Positions 1 through 62,928 of a DNA stretch of 64,000 nt are shown in pieces. Under the pieces are notes generated by a model that made no database searches, was not told where the DNA came from, and worked only from the letters and a program-made list of their open reading frames with translations. A program made the position numbers and the translations under genes. The first letter of the stretch is position 1, and every line of letters starts with the position of its first letter. Source of the stretch: the human T2T-CHM13v2.0 reference genome, Homo sapiens; assembly GCF_009914755.1 (NCBI RefSeq), contig NC_060925.1; one strand, given 5' to 3'.

Positions 1-28
1 GAAAAATGATCTTTTATGTGATCCATGA

Positions 29-34
29 TTTATT
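29..34 (-). terminator. Candidate polyadenylation signal AATAAA for ZSWIM5
   Basis: TTTATT at 29-34 on the plus strand; the only canonical hexamer I spotted in the UTR. Confidence 0.7.
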
Positions 35-590
35 CATAGAAAAGCACTGTGAATTCACACACTTGCTAAAAAAGGGCAACTGTGATACAGAAATGAGAGT
101 GGCTTCTCTCTTTTTTTTAACCAACCCATTGGGCTGAGACGTAGGGGCCCTTGGCTGGACAGTAAGACTTGAGTAGCCACAAATGGCAAATACAACTTCT
201 TGGTCAGTTTGGAGTAAAAAAGGTGACAGTTTGTCGAAGAAAGAAAAAGTAAAGCAGATGGAGAAGTTCTTAGTTCACATTCTAGCTATACCACCCCTTC
301 CCTATCAAACCCCACCCCCAACTCAGGAACTAAGACATGAAACAGTAAACACCAAGACACTGGTTCCAACTGACTTTTCTGAGTGCCCTTGCTACCTCCT
401 ATAACAATTCCAGGCTGAGCACAGGGGTCAGGAAGGTAGCAGGAACATGATACACTATGGAGGTCAGCCAGGGCTAAGACAGGACTGCCCACTAGGGCTA
501 GAAATTAGGAAGGGAGAGGCTAAGTGCAGACCAGCCCTAGCCTCCAAGTCAGCGAGCAATGAGACTGTGACAAAAGCCGGCGAGGAAGCT

Positions 591-598
591 TGAGGTAG
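591..598 (-). promoter_or_regulatory. let-7 family 8mer seed match (CTACCTCA) in the 3'UTR
   Basis: TGAGGTAG at 591-598 on the plus strand. Confidence 0.55.
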
Positions 599-819
599 AA
601 AGGCAGGGGAAGAAAGCAAGTATGAGGCGAGAAGAGAACTATGGAGCTAAAGCAGCCAATCTGATGGCAGAGGGAGATTGGTGCTTAGAAGCTTGTTTGG
701 TGAGAGAATGAATAGAGGAGGCACAGAGATGGGGAACAAACGTTTAGCTGGCGAGAGAGATTTAAGAGGAATGGGAAAGAGAAATCTGGCAAAAAGGACA
801 CATTGATGCAGATCCTCAA

Positions 820-1215
820 ACATGAATACACAGACATCCCTACATGTAGAAATACGCTCAGTTACACATATAAAGACACAGATGCATGGATAACAAGCAT
901 ACACATGGATACAAACATGTTTATACACATGCACTCGTGTACGCAGATACACATACTAAACATGCACAAACATGAGTGCATTTGCACAAAGATGTGCATC
1001 CTCACATGTACACAAAATGTGTATATCCTCACGTAGAAACTCACAGTCCAGTGTGCACATATTCAAACAGGTACACAGCCATAGAACTGACACATACACA
1101 TAAATATATATGTGCACAAACAGGCATGCACAGATGTATCTATGTACATACACACATGTACTTAGCCATAAAGATACACACACACAATTATAGATGAAAC
1201 CACACACTTGCTAAC
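820..1215. repeat. Degenerate CA/TG-rich low-complexity tract in the 3'UTR
   Basis: Alternating purine-pyrimidine sequence (acacat/catgca/tgtaca); source of the overlapping Cys/Val/His-rich spurious ORFs. Confidence 0.8.
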
Positions 1216-2047
1216 ACAAAGGTGACCACAGTAGATGAATATTATGAACTCAGCGGCTTCCCAGACCTTCATCTTCTCCCTGCACTTGTTTCTCAGGTGT
1301 TCAGCAGGCTCCTGAAGAGGCTGTGTGAGGCAGGAGCTTCAATGTCCTCACAGTTTTGTGAGGCAAAAGTCTAAGTCCAGTCCTGGCCTCTGTCCCTCAC
1401 TCACCACTGGACTATAAATGCCCTGTCTGTAGGTGGGGGATTCTGCATAGACTAGACTTGGGTTGATCCTAACTGGCCATTTTTCTCCTTGGCACCCCCA
1501 CTCTTCCACTGCTACCAGCAAACACTCTGCAAGGGAAACCTGAGAAATGGTTGTGAGTCTCCTCAGAAAATAAGCATATCCTCCTACCCACAGCTACTTC
1601 AAGTGCCCATCAAATCAGAAGCAGAATTATAAATAGTTACAAGTTTACAATAATTAGCAACACATATAGTATTTACAGTCCCACAAATGTGTCTGTTTCT
1701 CTGGTTAAGCAATCCCTGAGATGGAACAGTGTTCTGTGTTTGCCAAGGGAGACAGGGCCAATGCTCAGGACACGCAGGATATAGGGGCATGAGGTGGCAT
1801 GTTGTGGGGTTTCTGGTCGATCTGCAGGGCCCAGCTCCTCCATGAACAGTAGGCTGTAGTCAGAAGCTTGCCAAGGTAGGCATTATCGACTAGAGCTGGA
1901 CTTTCCCCATCCTTAGCCCTGTGGTCCTTTGGCCTCATCCACAGGTGCTCAGAGTTCTCTCAGGGTGGACAAATGTTTCAGTGCCCTTGGCCTGACCTGA
2001 TACTACCTGGGAACCCAGGCTGCTCTGGCAGTGAGCTATCTGCTCTC

Positions 2048-43844
<41,797 letters not shown>

Positions 43845-44244
43845 TCACCTGAGTTCACATGCTACACATTCAGCTGGAGGGGCACTTTGTGAGCATATTC
43901 AAACAGAGATGGGTCATTCTGCTTTAATATGGGTTTTGTCAACTGTATAGTCCTAAACAAAATAAATAAATACATAAAATTAATTTTTCAAAAAGCCTAA
44001 ATTAAAAGATCTAATGCTACTTGCATGTTCACTTAAGTCTCAGTTATAGCTTCATCTAAGATCTACAGATACCACTGTAGGGGAAAAAAGGTTAGAAGAG
44101 ATATACAATATGCAAATTGTGCATTTTTTTCCCCAGGAGAGTGACATTTTGTTTCTTCTTTTTGCTTTTCTATGAAGTTCAAATATGCCTTACTAGGCAC
44201 ACATTATTTTAAAATAAAAATACATTCTTTGAACATGAAAAGTT

Positions 44245-47609
<3,365 letters not shown>

Positions 47610-49417
47610 TCATGTATTGCCAGTTTACTTGGCAACAGATTTCTTTTTTAACCTTCTCACTGAATTAGCCATATACTCCATTGCCACCTGCCGAAAGTAT
47701 CCCCATCTTATTACGCTCATGTGCTCAGCATATAAAGGCAATAACTCTATTTTTTGTATTTGTATTCTCCTGATATTCATTCACTTACTAATTAACATTC
47801 TACATAGTACTTTATTATTACGTTCCTTAAATGTTCTTCATAGCACTTTATTATTACTTCTCTTGCACCTTGTTTTACATTAGAATTTTGCATTTCTCAT
47901 ATATTCCCAACTAAATTGAAATTTTTTAAAAATAGGGATTCATTTTTGTACTTCACAGTGTCAGGCTCATCACAGCACTGAGTTAATATTTATAGAATGA
48001 ACAAATACATATCTCACTAAGCACCACATAGGCATATATTGTGTCCTATGCTTCTTTTATATCCCAAAAGTGGCAAAAGAAAACAAATATACTCCTTATC
48101 CTTAAATATTTGTAAGTAACAAGAATTTATTGAGTTCTTTCTGTATGCTAGAGGCACTTTTTATACATATACCCATTAGAATGTATGCTCCTTGAGGGCA
48201 AAAGTTTTTGTTTGCTGGTATATTCACAACACATAGAAAGGTGCCTGCCATATAGTAGGTGCTCAATAAATATTTATCGAATAAATTCCAAGGAACCTTC
48301 ATAACAACTCTATGAGGCCATATTATTCTCCTAATTTTAAAATGAAGAAACTAAAGTTTAGACAAGGTAACTTAGATGTAAAGTATATCAGCCAGGATAT
48401 ATATATTGGTCTCTTTCCAAAGCCTGTCTCTTTACTACAAGGCTATACTTTGGCCTTCAGTCTCATACCGCTGGATTCACTAGTTGGTTTTAGGTCCCCT
48501 GAAGCTGTAACTGATGGTGTATCTGAAGATAGCCAAATCCCATATTTTCTCAGCTTATTCTGCTACAGAGAATATGGAATTAGTCAGAATAATGCATTTT
48601 TCCCACAGTGAGGATAATTAGAGTTCTTACCAGTACAGTGATTCTCAGATATTAATATACAAAATAATTACTTGGGGTTTCTGTGAAAAATGCAGGTTAT
48701 GGAGTCTAACTCCTAACAATTCTGGTTTTCAGGAGATCCATAGAGATAAAACTGAGATAAACCAGGTTAAACCAAGGACTGGGTTGTTGAGTACCTTGGA
48801 GCTAAGGATTGGGGTTGGAATGAACAGCAATGGTGCTCCAGCAGCAGAGGGCAGAGATGGTTTGAATACCAATTCTGACCCTGGGGTGGTTAAGTTAGGA
48901 TATGAAAAAGCAGGAACAGGATCTAGTCTTTTAGGGCAGTCGGCCTTAAACAACTGGCTGGAAGTGTGGACTGACACCCTCTCCTCTAAGGGTTTGAAGG
49001 GGTATGGAAAAAAGTGGAGAACATTTGGCACCCAGGTGATGATAACGGCAGTAGCTGTGGAAGAAATAAGGCACAGTTTATAAATACCTAGTGTATATCT
49101 ATGGAAAACTGCTGGGATAGGGCTAGGAAGAGGCAAAACCTTGAGAGTTACTAACAGTACAACTTCACCTAAACTTCAAAAGGGTTTGTTTATTTGATAG
49201 GAGAGAAAGGAAAGTAAATTGTACAAATGTTTGCTGGCCTACAATGGACCCCAGGAGAAACTGAGCTGCTAAAATGGGTGACAGCAGCAAAAAAGGAAGT
49301 GAGTTAATATTTGGGGCATCGAGGTAACAAACTACAAGGAGTTGGTGTGATTGCTGAGGCAAGCAAAGTCATTTGGGAAGAGAATGAACTGGCAAGAGAC
49401 CCCATGGAGAATTTTCT

Positions 49418-49791
49418 TTTTTTTTAATTCTAATTTTATTATTATTATACTTTAAGTTTTAGGGTACATGTGCACAATGTGCAGGTTTGTTATATATGTA
49501 TACATGTGCCATGTTGCTGTGCTGCATCCATTAACTCGTCATTTAGTATTAGGTATATCTCCTAATGCTATCCCTCCCCCCTCCCCCCACCCCACAACAG
49601 TCCCCGGAGTGTGATGTTCCCCTTCCTGTGTCCATGTGTTCTCATTGTTCAATACCCACCTATGAGTGAGAACATGTGGTGTTTGGTTTTTTGTCCTTGC
49701 GATAGTTTGCTGAGAATGATGGTTTCCAGTTTCATCCATGTCCCTACAAAGGACATGAACTCTTCATTTTTTATGGCTGTATAGTATTCCC
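49418..49791 (-). mobile_element. 5'-truncated young L1PA 3' end (~370 bp)
   Basis: Classic ttaagttttagggtacatgtgcacaatgtgcagg 3'UTR. 18-bp TSD CCCCATGGAGAATTTTCT at 49400-49417 and 49792-49809. Confidence 0.9.
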
Positions 49792-49839
49792 CCCCATGGA
49801 GAATTTTCTAAGACATTTTCATTTTCATTTCTAAGACAT

Positions 49840-53021
<3,182 letters not shown>

Positions 53022-53202
53022 TCATTCTAGAAAATTTTGTTCAATTATTTCATTGGTGAATTCCTTACCTCTGTTTTCTATTTCTGAAACCCCTATTAAC
53101 CCCTATTAGTTAAACACTGGAATTTGAGGACTCGTTTTAATTTTTGATACATTTTTCCTCCTCTTTTTCATCTCTCTTTTTGTTCTACTCCATAGGAATT
53201 TT

Positions 53203-54049
<847 letters not shown>

Positions 54050-55023
54050 CTATTGAGTTTTAAAATTTTCTGCCATCAAATTTGTAATATTCATGATTTT
54101 TTTCTGTTCTTTGCATTTGTTTTTGTAGTATCTAGTTGTTATTTCATAGGTTGCAATATCTTTTTATTTCTGATACTAATAATTTTTCAAAGTTTTATTC
54201 TTTCTGCATAGTTTGTATTTCCCCCAAATTGTCTTTCCATGTTTGTTAGTTCTATCTTCCACAGTATTCCACACTGTTGACCATTCACTTTTTGAAACTC
54301 AATGCTACATCTTCTTTGATAATAACTTGCTAGTTTTTTTCCCATTACTTTGTTAATTCCTACATTGGCTCCTCTTTCATCACCTGTTTATTCAAGGATG
54401 TTTTCAATCAACAAACACTTATAGAACATTGATTATTTTACAGGTATCGTGCTTGGTGAGGGACACTCAGAAATTAGCAAAACATGGTTCCTGACCTGAC
54501 TTCTCAAGTTATCTTACTTTTCTCTTGGTATTCAATCTTTCTTTTTTAATTTTAATTTTTGTGGGTAGATAGTAGGTATATATATTTATGGGGTACATGA
54601 GATGTTTTGATAGAGACATGCAATGCATAATAATCACAACATGGAAAATGGGGTATCCATTACCTCAAGTATTTATTCTTTGTGTTACAATCCAATTATA
54701 CTCTTTCAGTGATTTAAAAATGTACAATTAAATTACTTATTGACTATAATCGTCCTGTTGTGCTATCAAATACTAGGTCTTTTTCATTCTAACTATGTTT
54801 TGTACACATTAACCATCCCCACCTCCCTGACATCCCCCCACTACCCTTCCCAGCCTCTCATAACCATCCTTCTACTCTATCTCTATGAGCTCAATTGTTT
54901 TGATTTTTAGATCTCACAAACAAGTGAGAACATGTGATGATGTTTGTCTTTCTGTGCCTGGGTTATTTCACCTAGCATAATAACCTCCAATTCCATCCAT
55001 GTTGTTGCAAATGACAGAATCTC

Positions 55024-55333
55024 TTTTTTTTTTTTTTTTTTTTTTTTTGAGATAGGGTCTCACTCTGTCACCCAGGCTGGAGTGCAGTGGCATGATCATG
55101 GCTCACTGCAGCCTTAACCTCCTAAGCTCAAGCAATTCTCTTGCCTCAGCCTCCCCAGTAGTTGAGACTACAGGTGCATGCCACCAACATCTGGCTACTT
55201 TTTTGTAATTTTTGTAGAGATAAGAGTTTTGCCATGTTGCCCAGGCTGGTCTTGAACTCCTGAGCTCAAGCAATCTGCCTGCTTCGACCTCCCAAAGTGC
55301 TAGGACTACAGGTGTGAGCCACTGCACCCAGCT
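55024..55333 (-). mobile_element. AluJ-like, inserted in the L1
   Basis: Alu consensus; L1 sequence resumes at atctcattc. Confidence 0.88.
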
Positions 55334-56789
55334 GATCTCATTCTTTTTTATTGCTGCATAGTACTCCACTGTGTATAAGTACCACATTTTCTTTATCCAT
55401 TCGTCTGCTGATGGACACTTAGGATGGTTCCAAATCTTGCTTTGTGAACAATGCTGCAACAAACAAACATGCAAGTGCAGACCTCTCTCTGATATACTGA
55501 TTTCCTTTTCTTTGGAAAGCAGTAGGATTGCTGAATCATATGGTAGCTCTGTTTAGTTTTTTGAGGAACTTTCAAACTGTTCTCCATAGTGGTTGTACTA
55601 ATTTACTTTGCCACCAACAGTGTACGAGGGTTCCCTTTTCTCCACATCCTCACCAGCACTTCTTATTGCCTGTCTTTTGGATATAAGCCATTTTTACTGA
55701 GGTGAGATGATATGTCATTGTGGTTTTGATTTGCATTTCTCTGATGACAAATGATATTGAGTACCTTTTCATATACTCATTTGCCACTTGTATGTCGTCT
55801 TTTGAGAAATGTCTGTTCAGATCTATTGCCCATTTTAACATCAGATTATTAGATTTTTTCCTATTGAATTAAGCTCCTTATATATTCTTGTTATTAAGTC
55901 CTTGTCAGATGGGTAGTTTGCTAATATTTTCTCCCATTCTGTGGTTTGTCTCTTCACTTTGTCAATTATTTCCTTTCTGTACAGAAGCTTTTTAACTTGA
56001 TGTGATCCCATTTATCCATTTTTGCTTTGGTTGCCTGTGCTTGTGGGTTATTACTCAAGAAATCTTTGCCCAGTCCAGTGTCCTAGAGAGTTTCCCCAAT
56101 GTTTTCTTGTAGTAGTTTCATAGTTTCAGGTCTTAGATTTAAGTCTTTAATCCATTTTTATCTGATTTTTGTATATGGCTAGAGATAGGGGTCTAGTTTC
56201 ATTTCTTCTGCATATGGATATCCAGTTTCCTAGCATCCATTTATTGAAAAAACTGTCTTTTCCCCAGTGTATGTTCTTGGCACCTTTGTAACAAATGAGT
56301 TCAGTGTACGTGTGTGGATTTGTTTCTAGGTTTTCTATTCTGTTCCATTGGTCTGTGTGTCTATTTTATGACAGTACCATGCTATTTTGGTTACTATAGC
56401 TCTGTAGTATAATGTGAAGTCAAGTAATAACTCCAGTTTTGTTCTTTTTGCTTAGGATAGCTTTGGTTATTCCAGGTCTTTTGTGGTTTCACATAGCAAA
56501 AAACAATTTTAGAATTGTGTTTTCTATTTCTGTGAAGAATGTCATTGGTATTTTGATAGGGATTACATTGAATCTGTAGATTGAGTAGTATGAATATTTT
56601 AACAATATTGATTTTTCCAATCCATGAACATGGAATATCTTTCCATTTTTTGGTGTCTTCTTCAATTTCTTTCATCAGTGTTTTATAGTTTTCATTATAG
56701 AGATCTTTCACTTTCTTGGTTAACTCCTAGGTATTTAATTTTATTTGTGGCCATTGTAAATGGGATTACTTTTTAAATTTATTTTTTAG

Positions 56790-57281
<492 letters not shown>

Positions 57282-60200
57282 TAAATGCCCCTTATTTCTC
57301 TCTCTTCTTTGCTTGCTCTAGCTAGGACCTTCAGCATTATGTTGAATAACAGTGGTAACATGGGGCATCCTTGTCACGTTCCAGATCTTAGAGGAAAGGT
57401 TTTCAGTTTTTCCCCATTCAATATGATATTAGCTGTGGGTCTGCCATATATGTCTTTTATTATGTTGAGGTATGTTCCTTCTGTACCCATTTTTAAAGCA
57501 TTTTTATCATGAAGAGATGTTGGATTTTATCAAGTGCTTTTTCAGCATCAATTGAAATGATCATATGGTTTTTATCCTTTATTCTGCTGATATGATGTAT
57601 CATATTGATTGATTTCCATATATTGAACCATCCTTGCATCTCAGGGATAAATCCCACTTGGTCATGATAAATGATCTTTTTAATGTATTGTTGAATTCAG
57701 TTTGCTAGTATTTTGTTGAGGATTTTTTGCATGAATATTCATCAGAGATATTGGCCTGTAGTTTTATTTTTTTGATATGTCTTTGTCTGGTTTTGGTATC
57801 AGGGTAATATTTGCCTTGTAGAATGAGTTTGGAAGTATTTCTTCCTCCTCTATTTTCAGAATAGTTTGAATAAGATTGGTATTAATCCTTCTTTAAATGT
57901 TTGGTAGAATTCAGCTGGGTCTCAGGCTTTTCATTACTGGGTGACTTTTTTTATTATGGCTTTGAATTTGTTACTTGTTATTGGTCTGTTCAAGTTTTGG
58001 GTTTCTTCATGGTTCAGTCTTGATAGGTTATATGAGTCTTGAAATTTGTTCATTGCTTTTAGATTTTCTGATTTACTGGCATATAGTTGTTCACAGTAGC
58101 CACTAATGATCCTTTGAATTTCTGTGGTATCAGCTGTAATGTCTCCTTTTTCATCTCTGATTTTATTTATTTGGGTCATCTCTCTTTTTTTCTTAGTATG
58201 GCTAAAGGTTTGTCAATTTTGTTTAACTTTTCAAAAAACCAACCTTTTGTTTTATTGATTTTTTTTGTATTGTTTTCATTTCAATTTATTTCTGCTCTGA
58301 TCTTTATTATTTATTTTCTTCTATTAAATTTGGGTTTGGTTTGCTCTTGCTTTTCTAGTTCTTTAAGATGCATCATTAGATTGTTTATTTGAAGTTTTTC
58401 TTCTTTTTGATGTAGGTACTTATAGCTATACATTTCCCTCTTAGTACTGCTTTTGCTGTATCCCATAGGTTTTAGTATGCTGTGTTTCCATTATCATTGG
58501 TTTTAAGAAAATTTTCAATTTCCTCTTAATTTCTTTATTGACCCACTGGTCATCCAGGAGCATAATGTTTAATTTCCATGTATTTGTATAGTTTCCAAAA
58601 TTCCTCTTGTTATTGATTTCTAGTTTTATTCCATTGTGGTCAGAGAAGATGCTTATTTCAATTTTTTTTGACTGTTTTAAGACTTGTTTTGTAACTTAAC
58701 ATGTGGTCTATCTTTGAGAATAATCCATGTGCTGAGGAAAAGAATGTGTATTCTGCAGCTGCTGGCTGAAATGTTCGTAAATATCTATTAGTTGCATTTG
58801 GTCTATAGTGCAGATTAAATCCAATGTTTCTTTGTTGATTTTCTGTCTGGAAGATGTGTCCGATGCTGATAGCGGGGTGCTGAAGTCTCCAGCTATTACT
58901 ACACTGAGGTCTCTCTATTTAGCTGTAATAGTATTTGCTCTATATATTTGGGTGCTCCAGTGTTGGGTGTATATGTATTTACAATTGTTATATTCTCTTA
59001 CTGAACTAACTCCTTTATCATTATATCATGACCTTCTTTGTCTCTTCTTTTAGTTTTTGTCTTGAAATCTATTTTGTCTGATAAAAGTATAGCTACTCCT
59101 GCTCCTTTTTGTTTCCATTGACATGAAATACCTTTTTCAATCCCTTAATTTTCAGTCTATGTTTGTCTTTATAAGTGAAGTGTGTTTCTTGTAGGTAACA
59201 GATCACTGGGTCTAATTTTTTTTTAATCCATCCAGCCACTTTATGTCTTTTTATTGGAGAGTTTAGTCTATTTACATTCAGTGTTGTTATTGATAAGTAA
59301 GGACTTAGTCCTGCCATTTTGTTATTTGTTTTCTGGTTGTTCTGTGGTCTTCTCTTCCTTCTTTCCTTCCTGTTTTCCTTTAGTGAAGGTAACTTTCTCT
59401 GGTGATATGATTTAGTTTCTTACTTTTAACTTTTTGTGTAGCTGTTGTATTTTTTTTTTTTTTTTTGGCTTGAAGTTACCATGAGGCTTGCAAATACTAT
59501 CTTATAACCCATTATTTTAAACTGATAACAACTTACACTGTTTAAATAAGCAAACAAACGAGCCAAAAGAAACCTAATAAAAACTCTACAACTTAACTTC
59601 GTGCCCCTGCTTCTTAACTTTTTGTTGTTACTACTTTTATCTTATTATGCTATGTCTTGAAAGTTGTAGTTATTATTTGTGATTGGTTCATAGTTTAGTC
59701 TTTCTACTTAAGAGTAGTTTACACATCACGGTTACAATGTTATAATATTCTGTGTTCTTCTGTCTACTTACTATCACCAGTGAGTTCTGTACCTTCATAT
59801 GATTTCTTATTGTTCATTAACATCCTTTTTATACTGATAGAAGTACTCTCTTTTAGCATTTCTTGTAGGCCAGTCTGGTGTTGATGAAAACCCTCAGTTT
59901 TTGTTTGTCTGGGAAAGTCTTTATTTCTCCTTCATGTTTGAAGGGTATTTTTGCCAAACATACTACTTTAGGATCAAAGTTTTTTTCCTTCACTTTAAAC
60001 ATGTCATGCCACTAGCTCCTGGCCTGTAGAGTTTCCACTGAGAAGTCTGCTGCCAGACTCCATTGTATGTTACTTTTTCTCTTGCTGCTTTTAGGATCCT
60101 TTCTTTATCCTTGACCTTTGGGAGTTTGATTATTAAATGTCTTGAAGTAGTCTTCTTTGGGTTAAATATGCTTGGTGTTCTATAACCTACCTGTACTTGG

Positions 60201-60810
60201 ATATTGATATATCTTCCTCTAGGTTTGGGAAATTCTCTGATATAATCCCTTTGAATAAACTCTCTACCTCCAGTTTCTTTCTCTACGTCGTCTCTAAGCC
60301 CAATAACTCTTAGATTTGTCCCTTGAAGCTATATTCTAGATCTTGTAGGTATGTATCACTCATTTTATTCTTTTTTTCGTCTCCTCTGACTGTGAATTTT
60401 CAAATAGCCTGTCTTCAAGTTCACTAATTCCTTCTTCTGCTTGATCAGTTCTGCTATTAAAAGACTCTGATGCATTCTTCTGTATGCCAATTGCATTTTT
60501 CAGCTCCAGAATTTTTGCTTCTTTTGGATTATTTCAATGTCTTTGTTAAATTTATCTGATAGAATTCTAAACTCCTTCTCTGTGTTATCTTGAATTTCTT
60601 TGAGTTTCCTCAAAACAGCTATTTTGAATTCTTTCTGAAAGGTCACACATCTGTGTTTCTCCAGGATTGGTTCCTGGTACCTTTAGTTCATTTGATGAGG
60701 TCATGTTTTCCTGAATGGTGTTGATGCTTGTAGATGTTCGTCAGTGTCTGGGCATTGAAGAGTTAGGTATTTGTTGTAGTCTTCTCAGCCTGGGCTTGTT
60801 TGTACCTGTC

Positions 60811-61880
60811 TACTGGGGAACCTGCCCCAATAATCACGTAGGTTCTTTTCTATTTTCCTAAGCGTCGGCTGGCTTGAGAAATAAAGGGACAGAGTACAAA
60901 AGAGAGAAATTTTAAAGCTGGGCGTCTGGGGGAGATATCACACGTTGGTAGGATCCGTGATGCCCCACAAGCCACAAAAACCAGCAAGTTTTTATTAGGG
61001 ATTTTCAAACGGGGAGGGAGTGTGCGAATAGATGTGGGTGACAGACATCAAGTACTTAACAGGGTAATAGACTATCACAAGGCAAGTGGAGGCAGGGCGA
61101 GATCACAGGACCACAGGACTGAGGCGAAATTAAAATTGCTAATGAAGTTTTGGGCACCATTGTCATTGATAACATCTTATCAGGAGACAGGGTTTTGAGA
61201 TCAACTGGTCTGACCAAAATTTATTAGGTGGGAATTTCCTCTTCCTAATAAGCCTGGGAGCGCTATGGGAGACTGGAGTTTATTTCACCCCTGCAGTCTC
61301 AACCATAAGAGACAGGTACGCCCCGGGGGGGCCAGTTCAGAGACCTACCCCTAGGTGCACATCCTCTTTCTCAGGGACGTTCCATGCTGAGAAAAAGAAT
61401 TCAGCGATATTTCTCCCATTTGCTTTTGAAAGAAGAGAAATATGGCTCTGTTCTGCCCTGCTCACTGGCGGTCAGAGTTTAAGGTTATCTCTCTTATTCC
61501 CTGAACAATTGCTGTTATCCTGTTCTTTTTTCAAGGTGCTCTGATTTCATATTGTACAAACACACATGCTGTACAATCTGTGCAGTTAATGCAATTATCA
61601 CAGGGTCCTGAGGCGACATACATCCTTCTTGGCTGACAGGATTAAGAGATTAAAGCAAAGACAGGCATAGGAAAGCACAAGGGTATTGATTGGGGAAGTG
61701 ATAAGTGTCCATGAAATCTTTACAATTTATGTTTAGAGATTGCAGTAAAGACAGGCATAAGAAATTACAAAACTATTAATTTGGGGAACTAATAAATGTC
61801 CATAAAATCTTCACAATCCAAGTTCTTCTGTCATGGCTTCAGCCAGTCCCTCCGTTTGGGGTCCCTGACTTCCCGCAACA
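60811..61880 (-). mobile_element. MER11-family solo LTR (HERV-K11/HML-8 type), ~1.07 kb
   Basis: The minus strand starts TGTTGCGGGAAGTCAGGGACCCC. 6-bp TSD CCTGTC at 60805-60810 and 61881-61886. AATAAA on the minus strand at 60991-60996. Confidence 0.85.
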
Positions 61881-62476
61881 CCTGTCCTTCTTGGGAAGGC
61901 TTTCCAGATATTTGAAAGGACTTGGGTATTGTGATCTAAGCTGTATCTGCTTTAGTGGTCACCCCAACCCCAGTAATGCTGTGGTTCTTGCAGACCCATA
62001 GAGGTACTACCTTGGTGGTCTAGAACAAGATCTGGAAGAATTCTCTGGGCAACCACAGGCAGAGACTCTTGTTCTCTTCCCTTAGTTTCTCCCAAACTAA
62101 TGGGGTCTTTCTCTGTTCTGAGCTACCTGGAGCTGGTAGTGGTGTGACATAAGTACCCTTGTGGCCACCACCACCAGGACTGTGCTTGGTCAAATCTGAA
62201 GCCAGCACCAAACTAGGTCTCACCCAAGGTTTGCTGTAACCACTCCCTGGCTACCATCTGTGTTCACTCAAGGCCCTGAGGCTCCAATCAGCAGGTGGCA
62301 AAGCCAGCCAGGTCTGTGTCCTTCTCTTCAGGATGGGGGGTTCCTCCAGACTCTGGGTGTGTCCAGAGGTGCCATCCAGGAGCCAGGGACTAGAGTAAAA
62401 AAACCTTAGCTGTTCACCTGCTGTTCCATTGTACTGTGGCTGAGCTGGCACTCAAACCACAAGACATAGTCCTTCC

Positions 62477-62928
62477 TGTCAGGCCTCTGAGCCCAAGCTA
62501 AGCCATCGTATCCCCTGTGACCTGAACGTATAGGTCCAGATGGCCCGAAGCAAGTGAAGAATCACAAAAGAAGTGAAAATGGCTGGTTCCTGCCTTAACT
62601 GATGACATTCCACCACAAAAGAAGTGAAAATGGCCGGTCCCTGCCTTAAATGATGACATTACCTTGTGAAATTCCTTCTCCTGGCTCATCCTGGCTCAAA
62701 AGCTCCCCCATTGAGCACCTTGTGACCCCCACCCCTGCCAGCCAGAGAACAACCCCCTTTGATTGTAATTTTCCACTACCTACCCAAATCTTATAAAACG
62801 GCCCCACCCCTATCTCCCTTCACTGACTATCTTTTCGGACTCAGCCCGCCTGCACCCAGGTGAAATAAACAGCCTTGTTGCTTACACAAAGCCTGTTTGG
62901 TGGTCTCTTCACATGGACGCGCATGACA
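62477..62928 (+). mobile_element. LTR7-family solo LTR (HERV-H), 452 bp
   Basis: TGTCAGGCCTCTGAGCCCAAGCTAAGCC...GCATGACA; duplicated CACAAAAGAAGTGAAAATGG...TGATGACATT block; TATAAAA and AATAAA present; 5-bp TSD CTTCC on both sides. Confidence 0.92.

Larger units (their letters stand above)
1..2047 (-). other. ZSWIM5: ZSWIM5 3'UTR (~2 kb, no Alu)
   Basis: Lies downstream of the stop codon and runs to an AATAAA near the window edge. Confidence 0.8.

Noticed and set aside
647-1207. Cluster of overlapping 60-101 aa ORFs rich in C/V/H/T/Y
   Set aside because: These are translations of the CA/TG low-complexity 3'UTR tract, which is poor in stop codons in several frames.
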